The notes under the pieces: generated by a model
The model's input: only the letters and a program-made list of their open reading frames with translations
What the model was told of the DNA's origin: nothing
The model's database searches: none
Source: Candidatus Aminicenantes bacterium
GTDB lineage: Bacteria > Acidobacteriota > Aminicenantia > Aminicenantales > UBA4085
Length of the DNA stretch: 64,000 bases
Reading direction: 5' to 3'
Assembly (NCBI GenBank): GCA_030691735.1
Contig: JAUYDS010000079.1
Span: forward strand, 905-64,904
Position numbers and translations under genes: made by a program
Shown here: positions 10,956 to 20,320 of the stretch, piece after piece
Layout of the letters: each line of letters opens with the position of its first letter
How positions within the stretch are numbered: position 1 is the first letter of the stretch

Positions 10956-12977
10956 ATGGGTTCAGTCTGCCATGCCGAAGAGGAGTCCAGGCCACCCATG
11001 AATTCAAAGTTTGAAAAACCCCTCATTCGCCGCATGTCCGTTCCCTGGCCCGTCTATTTAGGGGCCGCCTTCGTTCTTCTTTTTTGCGGGCTCTATGCCT
11101 ATTTCGGCTTCGATGGCGTCCCTCATATTCATGACGAAATGTGTTATCTCTTTCAGGCCCAGACCCTTCAGATGGGCCGCTTGTACGTCCCTTCGCCTTG
11201 CGCCCCGGCGTCGTTCGATTTCCCTCATATGATCAACAACGGACGGTATTACAGCATGTACACGCCCGGCTTTCCGCTGTTGCTCCTCATCGGCTTGCCC
11301 TTCAAGGTCCCGTGGCTGGTCAATCCCCTGTTCGCCGCCCTGAGCATTTTCCTGCTTTATTTCCTGGGCGCGGAAATCTACGATCGCACGATCGGCCTCC
11401 TGGCGGCGGTCCTGAGCTCGGTCTCAATCTGGCTTCTTCTAATGTCCGCGACAATGATGTCCCATACGACCAGCATGTTTTTCAACGGGCTTTTCCTTCT
11501 ATTCTTTTTCAAATCGGTCCGCCGGCCTACGGTCTGGAACGGCGCCCTGGCCGGCGCCTCGTGGGGCATGGCGCTGCTTATTCGGCCCGGGAACACGCCG
11601 CTCTTCTCCCTCCCTTTTCTTTTCGTTCTTGGAATCCTTCTCCTGAGGGATTTTAAGCGCCGCTTCAAGAACGCGGCCTCACTCGCCGCGGCGGCAGTGG
11701 TGTTTATCGGCCTCCTCCTTGCCTATAACCAGCTGACCAACGGGAATCCGTTCACGATGGGCTATATCGTTCATCACGGCAAGGAATACGGCGTGATTTT
11801 TGGCCGACCGGCCACGCTTGATTACAATTTCGGGCCATTGGCCGGCGCGGTCCAAATCTGGGATAATTTCAAGGCGATCAACGGGACCCTGTTCGGCTGG
11901 CCGTTGTCTTCGCTGCTGGCGCTCCTGCCGCTTTTATGGGCGGTCAAGACGAAGCCGAGAGAGGTAAAAAAGGACCTCCTCCTCCTTAGCGGCTTCATGT
12001 CGATGGTCGCCGGCTTTTTCTTTTTCTGGGGTGCCTTCGTCTTCCTCGGCGCCCGGATGCTGTTCGACGGCCTCCCCATCCTCGTCATGCTCAGCGCCAA
12101 GGGCGTCCGGGAGTCCGTGCCGCTCTTGATCTCGCTCTTCAAAAAGAAGTCGGCCGCCTTCTGGTCCAAGGCGGTCGCCATGGTCCTGGCCGTCTTCACG
12201 CTGTATGCCTTTTTCATCCGTCTCCCCCGCTGGGTCCGGCCCCCCGAGACGGAGTATTATTACGAGCGGTATGACCGCACGATGGCCGGATCATCCACCT
12301 CCATTCATAACGCCGTGACGTCCCTCGGTCTCCATCAAGCCGTCGTCGTCATGAAATTCCTCTATACCCCGTTGTCCGGCTTTCCGACGGGATGGTGGAG
12401 TTCAGGGTTTTGTTATAATACCCCGAAGCTGGACGGCGACGTCATTTACGCGCTGGATCGGGGCGAAAAGAACGCCGAGCTTTTCCGCTGCTTTCCGGGC
12501 AGAAAAATTTATCTGTATGCCGGGACCCTGGAAAAGGGGCTCCTGGTTTCCTTGAAAAACGACGGCGGACGGGTCGTCGCCGGCGAGCCCCTTCGGCTCG
12601 AAAAGCGGTTGAAAAAGAGTGCCGAATTGGTCGTCGATCCGATCCGCTTGTACAAGCCGTATTCGACGGAATTCCTGGATTTCCTGGAGGGGGTCTACCG
12701 GGAGCCTGATTCCTTGACGATGGATGTCGAACAGATCAAGGAGCTGGGCACCCGGTATGCCCGGGCCCGGGATTTTCGGCGGGCCGCCTTTTGTTTTGAG
12801 GCCGCGCTCCAACTCGAGAACAGCCCGAAGCCGCGTCTGGCCCTCTTGAATATGCTCGTGCCCTGCTATCTGAAAACCGGACAAGTGCGGGAGGCCAAGG
12901 TCATCATGGACAAGATGGAAAAGGCCGATTGGATGGAGTTCAAGCTTTTTTCCATTCTGCCGGAACGGGGATTCTAG
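10956..12977 (+). CDS. GT-C fold membrane glycosyltransferase (ArnT/PMT/GT39-83-like) with a C-terminal TPR-like soluble domain; an alternative start is at 10998
   Basis: The product has about 11 TM helices. The first loop carries the DE motif GVPHIHDEMCYLFQAQTL typical of ArnT/PMT GT-C enzymes. The C-terminus has TPR-like helices. It lies immediately downstream of cgs. Confidence 0.6.
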   Translation: MGSVCHAEEESRPPMNSKFEKPLIRRMSVPWPVYLGAAFVLLFCGLYAYFGFDGVPHIHDEMCYLFQAQTLQMGRLYVPSPCAPASFDFPHMINNGRYYSMYTPGFPLLLLIGLPFKVPWLVNPLFAALSIFLLYFLGAEIYDRTIGLLAAVLSSVSIWLLLMSATMMSHTTSMFFNGLFLLFFFKSVRRPTVWNGALAGASWGMALLIRPGNTPLFSLPFLFVLGILLLRDFKRRFKNAASLAAAAVVFIGLLLAYNQLTNGNPFTMGYIVHHGKEYGVIFGRPATLDYNFGPLAGAVQIWDNFKAINGTLFGWPLSSLLALLPLLWAVKTKPREVKKDLLLLSGFMSMVAGFFFFWGAFVFLGARMLFDGLPILVMLSAKGVRESVPLLISLFKKKSAAFWSKAVAMVLAVFTLYAFFIRLPRWVRPPETEYYYERYDRTMAGSSTSIHNAVTSLGLHQAVVVMKFLYTPLSGFPTGWWSSGFCYNTPKLDGDVIYALDRGEKNAELFRCFPGRKIYLYAGTLEKGLLVSLKNDGGRVVAGEPLRLEKRLKKSAELVVDPIRLYKPYSTEFLDFLEGVYREPDSLTMDVEQIKELGTRYARARDFRRAAFCFEAALQLENSPKPRLALLNMLVPCYLKTGQVREAKVIMDKMEKADWMEFKLFSILPERGF

Positions 12978-13004
12978 GACGGCCTAGGGAATTTGTTGAT
13001 CCGG

Positions 13005-13035
13005 GCCGCCGGCCGGACATTGTCCGGCCTTTGGC
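13005..13035 (+). terminator. Hairpin GGCCGGACA-T-TGTCCGGCC followed by TTT, downstream of the GT-C gene
   Basis: A perfect 9-bp inverted repeat sits about 35 nt after the stop at 12977, followed by a short T-run. Confidence 0.35.
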
Positions 13036-13045
13036 GGAGGACCGT

Positions 13046-13405
13046 TTAGGTTTGCACGGTACAGCGTTCTCGCGGAGAGGTCCCGGCGAAGTGCAGGAGC
13101 ATACCCAGAAAGCCCAGGGTGGCCATCAACCGGACCTGATCGAACGGAAATCCTCCCCACGGAAGATTATAGAAGATCTGGTCGGCCAAAAGGGCGGCGC
13201 TGTTGACGGCAAAAGCCGCAAGATACCTTAGCCGCTTGAAAAAGATGAAGAGGAGGACAAAAAGGACGGGATAGATCTTAATAAAGACGGCCAGACTCAG
13301 AAAAAAAGCGGCCGGCCACGGCTTTGCTTTCTTTTGAAAGATCAAGGACAGGAGGAGGACATTGAACACCAGGAGGTTCACCTGGCCGTGATGGATGGCC
13401 GTCAA
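13046..13405 (-). pseudogene. Fragment of a DUF2029/GT87-like membrane glycosyltransferase (119-aa remnant)
   Basis: The fragment contains KPWPAAFFLSLAVFIKIYPVLFVLLFIF, which is typical of the GT-C mannosyltransferase core. No N-terminal or C-terminal remainder is found in any frame. Confidence 0.3.
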
Positions 13406-13479
13406 GAGGGGCTCGTTAAACAGGAGGAGAACGAAGGGGAACAGGGCGGGAAGGATCGTCCGGCCGTTCTTCTGACGAC

Positions 13480-13655
13480 GCGCGGCTGGCCGAGGCCTTC
13501 GCTCGGGAGGTCGTGGGATTTCTTGTCCGCCGGGAGCTTTTGGGTCCGGAGTGGGCCGAGCGCATTCTCTTCTGGCGACACACGGGGTTCTCGGTCCACA
13601 GCCGAGTCCGGGCTAAGACCAAGCCGGAGGCCGAGGAGCGGGCGGAATATTTATG
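13480..13655 (+). pseudogene. Possible C-terminal remnant of an IS91-family (Y2, Transposase_32-like) transposase
   Basis: A 58-codon frame ends ...EWAERILFWRHTGFSVHSRVRAKTKPEAEERAEYL*. The W-R-H-S/T-G-F-x-V-H motif recalls IS91/IS801 transposase C-termini. There is no upstream continuation. Confidence 0.25.
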
Positions 13656-13669
13656 ATCGTTGCTGTCGA

Positions 13670-13704
13670 TTTTAGAGCGGAAAAGAGAAGTCTTGCGTCT
13701 TTCG
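13670..13704 (+). repeat. 35-bp repeat TTTTAGAGCGGAAAAGAGAAGTCTTGCGTCTTTCG (copy 1), followed by the hairpin TTCGGAGGG-ACG-CCCTCCGAA
   Basis: It is near-identical (two to three mismatches) to an inverted copy at 26731..26765. Confidence 0.7.
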
Positions 13705-13730
13705 GAGGGACGCCCTCCGAACCCCCTCTC

Positions 13731-16115
<2,385 letters not shown>

Positions 16116-16128
16116 GTTCTCCTCCGCT

Positions 16129-16581
16129 TCACTCCTCGTTTTTCTGGATCTTGACGATGATGTCCCGTTCCCTGGCCGGCTTCGGTTTTTTCAGATGGAC
16201 GGTCAAAATGCCGTTCTCGAGATAGGCCGTAGCCCCGTCCATATCCACGGCGCACGGGAGCGGCACGGTCCTCTGGAATTTCCCGTACTCGCGCTCCAGG
16301 CGCAGATATCGGGTCCCCGCCTTGACGGGGGTCTCGATCTTCATTCCCCGGATCTCGATCCGGCTCAGCCGGAGGGAGATGACGATCTCCCGCGCCGAAA
16401 GCCCCGGGACCTCGACCTCGACGACGATATCGTCGTCTTTCTCGTAAACGTCGACGAGCGGGAGCCATCCGCCCTGGAGCTCGGGGAATTCGGGCCGCTC
16501 GGTCATCGCCTCGTTCATCAGGCGCCGGATGACGCTCTCGAACTTGGCCACACGGGTCACGGGATGAATGCGTTTGACCAT
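16129..16581 (-). CDS. Hsp20/alpha-crystallin family small heat-shock protein
   Basis: The 150-aa product has an alpha-crystallin domain (VDVYEKDDDIVVEVEVPG...ENGILTVHLKK). It lies immediately upstream of lon on the same strand. Confidence 0.85.
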   Translation of the reverse strand: MVKRIHPVTRVAKFESVIRRLMNEAMTERPEFPELQGGWLPLVDVYEKDDDIVVEVEVPGLSAREIVISLRLSRIEIRGMKIETPVKAGTRYLRLEREYGKFQRTVPLPCAVDMDGATAYLENGILTVHLKKPKPARERDIIVKIQKNEE

Positions 16582-16666
16582 GTCCTTAATCCGAGATCAC
16601 TCCTTCTTCGATCTTTCGCAACTCAACCTTATTTAATCCCAAGAAGCGTTTTTGTCAAATCCGGAA

Positions 16667-16767
16667 GTCAAGGGACGAGCCTTCGGCTCGCCACTCGCCC
16701 GTGGCTTTTAACCACGGGCGAGTACGGCGGAAAGGACCCCCGGGCAAGCCCGGGGCCCCGGCCGCCG
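16667..16767 (+). repeat. GC-rich palindromic mini-element, long form with the extra hairpin module (copy B), intergenic
   Basis: The sequence is GTCAAGGGACGAGCCTTCG + GCTCGCCACTCGCCCGTGGCTTTTAACCACGGGCGAGTA + CGGCGGAAAGGACCCCCGGGCAAGCCCGGGGCCCCGGCCGCCG. Confidence 0.8.
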
Positions 16768-16789
16768 AGAAGGGATCCGGTCCCCCGCC

Positions 16790-17245
16790 CTATTTTTCTT
16801 TGAGGAGGTTCTCCAGTTCCTGTTTGAACTCGTGGACGTCCCGGAACTCCCGATAGACCGAGGCGAATCGGACGTAGGCGACCTTATCCAGGGCCTTGAG
16901 CCTGTCCATCACGAGCTGACCGATCTCCGCCGCCTTCATCTCTTTCTCCGGACGCTCCTGGAGCTTGGCTTCGATCTCCTCGATGATCTCCTCGAGCTTG
17001 CTGACGGCGATGGGCCGCTTTTCGATGGCTTTGAGCATCCCCCGCAGGAGCTTCTGACGGTCGAAAAGCTGCCGCGAGCCGTCCTTCTTGACGATCATGT
17101 AGGGGATCTCTTCGATCTTTTCGTATGTCGTGAACCGCCTTTCGCAGGCGAGGCATTCCCGCCGCCTCCTGATGGAGAGCCCTTTCTTGCTCTCCCGGGA
17201 ATCGATGACTTTGCTCTCCAGATGACCGCAGAAAGGACACTTCAT
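16790..17245 (-). CDS. nrdR: Transcriptional repressor NrdR (151 aa; the longer tool ORF N-extension is spurious)
   Basis: The product has the N-terminal zinc ribbon [42 protein letters not shown] and an ATP-cone. The true start is the ATG at 17245. Confidence 0.9.
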   Translation of the reverse strand: MKCPFCGHLESKVIDSRESKKGLSIRRRRECLACERRFTTYEKIEEIPYMIVKKDGSRQLFDRQKLLRGMLKAIEKRPIAVSKLEEIIEEIEAKLQERPEKEMKAAEIGQLVMDRLKALDKVAYVRFASVYREFRDVHEFKQELENLLKEK

Positions 17246-18276
17246 GATTCGGCCGACTCCCCGAGCTTTTTCAATTGAAACAACGTCAATCCCTCTTTCC
17301 ATAATATAACAAAACCGACCAGACATGTCATCACCAGCTGGACGGCATGGACGGCGACGGTCAGGCTGAAGGCCTGGTTGGGATCGATCTTGAAGAGGGC
17401 GGTCAGGCCGAGCTGGCTGAAGGAATGGAACCCGCCGATCATGCCCGGCGTCGGGATGGAAGCCCCGATCATCGTCAGGAAGATATAGGGAATGAGGAGG
17501 AAAAAATAAGGCAGCGAAACCCGGTAAGCCTGAAAGAAGACCCAGTACCAGAACATGATGCCCAGCCAAACGACGAAGGACAGGCCGAGGTAGGTCAAGA
17601 GGTTGCCCAGGGAATGAAAGAACTTGAGCCCGTCGATGAACTCATGGAGAAGCTTCAGGATCCTCCGGCTCAACGTCTCGGAGAGAGGTTTCAGAAGGCG
17701 GGCCGTGATGGCCAGCGCCTTCTCCTTGAAGAAGTAAAAGAGGAGGCTGACGACGAGCAGGAGCGAGGCGAACCCCACCCCTACGATCCCCCACAGATAG
17801 AGCTTGGAGTAGGTCTCTGCCTGAAGGTGCAATTTCGACTCGTAGAGCGGCCGGGCCAGGAGGAAAACGCCGAGGAGAGAGCACATGGTAAACATGTCGA
17901 AGATCCGCTCGACAATCACCGTGCCCAGGGTGAACCCGGCCCGAACCCCTTCCTTACGGGCCACATAGAGAGGCTTGACGATCTCCCCCAGGCGCCCCGG
18001 GAGAAGATAAGTCACGGTGAAGCCGATCGCGTTGCCGGCGAACAGGTTGTAGAACTTGACGTCCTTTTTTTCGTGGATCAGGAGGTATTTCCAGCGGTAG
18101 GCGCGGGTCACAAGGTGGATGGGCACCAACAACAGGACCAGGACGAAGATCCCTAAGTTCGCGTGGGTCAGGAAGCGCCAGACGGCTCCCCAATCCTTGA
18201 CGCTTTTGACGAAGAAAAAGAGCAAGACGGCCGTCAAAAGAAGAACCAGCGTGACGCGGACCCACGTTTTCTTCAT
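17242..18276 (-). CDS. Flippase-like/UPF0104 (lysylphosphatidylglycerol synthase TM-region family) membrane protein
   Basis: The product has 8 or more TM helices. The motif [17 protein letters not shown] is characteristic of PF03706. Confidence 0.6.
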   Translation of the reverse strand: MKKTWVRVTLVLLLTAVLLFFFVKSVKDWGAVWRFLTHANLGIFVLVLLLVPIHLVTRAYRWKYLLIHEKKDVKFYNLFAGNAIGFTVTYLLPGRLGEIVKPLYVARKEGVRAGFTLGTVIVERIFDMFTMCSLLGVFLLARPLYESKLHLQAETYSKLYLWGIVGVGFASLLLVVSLLFYFFKEKALAITARLLKPLSETLSRRILKLLHEFIDGLKFFHSLGNLLTYLGLSFVVWLGIMFWYWVFFQAYRVSLPYFFLLIPYIFLTMIGASIPTPGMIGGFHSFSQLGLTALFKIDPNQAFSLTVAVHAVQLVMTCLVGFVILWKEGLTLFQLKKLGESAES

Positions 18277-18361
18277 GGTCAGCCGACCATCGTATCACGT
18301 TCTCCGCTTTTTTTGAAGGGGCTTGAAAACCGGTCTGGAATCGATTATCATATCGCCTCGT

Positions 18362-18432
18362 TGGGAAGTCGTCCAACGGCAGGACTCATGACTCTGGATC
18401 ATGAAATCAAGGTTCGAATCCTTGCTTCCCAG
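18362..18432 (+). tRNA. tRNA-Gln (anticodon CTG), CCA not encoded
   Basis: The acceptor stem TGGGAAG/CTTCCCA is a perfect 7 bp. The D-stem is GTCC/GGAC, the anticodon stem CATGA/TCATG with loop CTCTGGA (U33, anticodon CUG), and the T-arm CAAGG-TTCGAAT-CCTTG. The discriminator is G. Confidence 0.8.
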
Positions 18433-18661
18433 CTCCTCCCTGCCCTTTTCCCAGTCCGCCGCCGGACCGCCGAGGTCATGAGCTGACCGTCGAACAGTTT
18501 CGGGGACATGATTCCCTGTCCCGGGCGAAAGCCATAGGGACAGGGTATCGTGTCCCCCTTCGTCTTGGAAACTGATCGACGGTCAGGGTCAAGGCCGGTT
18601 GACGTCCGGCCCGAAATCATATATTGTGGGATGTCTTTGGTTTCTATGCTTTTGAGCGGAA

Positions 18662-19600
18662 ATGACACAAACAACGAAAGTTAGAGAGGGCGAGATCTGG
18701 GCCGTCGGCGGCGGCAAAGGCGGCACCGGAAAGACGTTCATCACCTCCAGCATCGGCACCTATCTGGCCAAGAAAGGCAAGAACGTCGTCCTCGTCGACA
18801 TGGACATCGGCGGGGCCAATCTCCATTCGTTCTTCGGCATCAGCCGCCCCCTGAAGTCCCTGACCAGCTTTTTCGAGATGGGGGCGTCTCTCTCCGACCT
18901 CGTGGTCAAGACCGACCTGGACAATATCTCCCTCATTTCGGGCGACGTCCATTCCATCTCCGCCGACAAGATCACTTTTTCCCAGAAGCTCAAGCTCTTC
19001 CGGCAGATCATGAAGCTCAATGCCCAGAACGTGATCATCGACCTGGGCGCCGGCAGCCACTACAACACCCTCGACACCTTCCTGATCGCCGACCGGATGG
19101 TGGTGGTTCTGGTCCCCGAGGTGATCGCCATCGAGAACATGTACCATTTCATCAAGAACTCCCTGTTCCGAAAGGTCAAGAAGATCCTCAAGGAATACGG
19201 CTTCAAAGAGATCGTCCAGCACATTTGGGACCGCCGACAAAGCTACGGGATCAACAACATCAGGGAACTGATCGACTATCTCAAGGATAGCTTCTCCTAC
19301 ATCGGCACGATCCTGGACCACGAGCTGGCCGCTTTCAAGGTTCACCTGGTCCTGAACATGGTCCGGAACAACAACGATATCCTCCTCGGCGCCTCGATCA
19401 AGAGCGTCATGATGAAGTACCTGGGCGTCCCCATCCAATATTCCGGCTACGTCGAATACAACGACGCGGTCTGGAAATCGGTCCGCGAGCGCAAGCCCTT
19501 CATGATCAACTATCTGGCCACCGGCTGCGCCAAGGAGATCGAGGTCCTTGTCGAAAATGTGATCAAAGGCAAAGAGGTCAGCTTGCCGGGAGGCTATTGA
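18662..19600 (+). CDS. MinD/ParA-family P-loop ATPase
   Basis: The product has the deviant Walker A GGGKGGTGKT and MinD-like Switch regions. The 312-aa product overlaps the next gene by 4 bp. Confidence 0.75.
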   Translation: MTQTTKVREGEIWAVGGGKGGTGKTFITSSIGTYLAKKGKNVVLVDMDIGGANLHSFFGISRPLKSLTSFFEMGASLSDLVVKTDLDNISLISGDVHSISADKITFSQKLKLFRQIMKLNAQNVIIDLGAGSHYNTLDTFLIADRMVVVLVPEVIAIENMYHFIKNSLFRKVKKILKEYGFKEIVQHIWDRRQSYGINNIRELIDYLKDSFSYIGTILDHELAAFKVHLVLNMVRNNNDILLGASIKSVMMKYLGVPIQYSGYVEYNDAVWKSVRERKPFMINYLATGCAKEIEVLVENVIKGKEVSLPGGY

Positions 19601-20166
19601 TGCCCAAGGACGAACTCAAGAAATATTACGACATGCTCGAACTGCCGTCGGACGCGCCTCTCCGGGACATCCATAACTCCTTCCTGCGCCTGAAGAAGCT
19701 CTATTCGGGCGATTCCATCGTCCTGGCCCCCCTCGGTGAGGAATTCTCCGAGAAAAAGCGAAAACGCGTGCTCGAGCAGATCGAAGAGGCTTATCTCAAG
19801 CTGTTGGAGGCCAAAAAGGACGCGCCGTCCAGGACGGCCCTTCTCTTTTCCGACGGGCACGAGCCCGAGGACGGCGCCGAGAGGGATAAAATCGGCGACG
19901 CTCCGTTGACCGGCCCGTCGCTCCGCAAGCTTCGCGAAAAGGCCGGCGTCGATCTGAACGAGATCGCCAAGGAAATGAAGCTGCGGATGGAACTGTTGAA
20001 GAGCGTCGAGGACGAGAAATACGAAGCCCTGCCCGAGGCGATCTACCTCAAGGTCCACCTCAAGAATTACGCCTCGTTCCTCGGCTTGGACCCGGTCCGG
20101 GTCACCGAGGAATATCTCCGGCGCTATCAGGCCTGGAAAGAAAAGACCGTCCCCACCGAGAAATAA
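19597..20166 (+). CDS. Small cytoplasmic protein with an N-terminal J-like domain (no HPD) and a C-terminal HTH_25 (RodZ-type) helix-turn-helix
   Basis: The N-terminus YYDMLELPSDAPLRDIHNSFLRLKKLY resembles J-domain helices II-III. The C-terminus LRKLREKAGVDLNEIAKEMKLRMELLKSVEDEKYEALPEAIYLKVHLKNYASFLGLD matches the RodZ N-terminal HTH. Confidence 0.5.
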   Translation: MMPKDELKKYYDMLELPSDAPLRDIHNSFLRLKKLYSGDSIVLAPLGEEFSEKKRKRVLEQIEEAYLKLLEAKKDAPSRTALLFSDGHEPEDGAERDKIGDAPLTGPSLRKLREKAGVDLNEIAKEMKLRMELLKSVEDEKYEALPEAIYLKVHLKNYASFLGLDPVRVTEEYLRRYQAWKEKTVPTEK

Positions 20167-20245
20167 TTTCTCCGGATAACTCCCTTTCTAATCAACCCAA
20201 CCCCCGACTTACGACCAGGGATTTGCAGCGACACTATAAAAGTCG

Positions 20246-20320
20246 GACGTGGCTAATCCCCCCTTCTCCCCCCTTTAGTAAAGGGGGGGAAGCGAGCCCC
20301 CCTTTTCTAAAGGGGGGATT
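20246..20320. terminator. GC-rich tandem-hairpin repeat element (copy 1) acting as a bidirectional terminator between convergent genes
   Basis: GACGTGGCTAATCCCCCCTTCTCCCCCCTTTAGTAAAGGGGGGGAAGCGAGCCCCCCTTTTCTAAAGGGGGGATT shares its first 33 nt with the copy at 23289. It abuts the stop of the purF-like gene. Confidence 0.65.

Noticed and set aside
16790-17569. 259-aa version of the nrdR ORF with a 108-aa N-terminal extension
   Set aside because: The extension is Pro/Arg-rich, overlaps the neighbouring membrane-protein gene, and NrdR proteins universally start with the MKCPFCG zinc ribbon. It was trimmed to 16790..17245.
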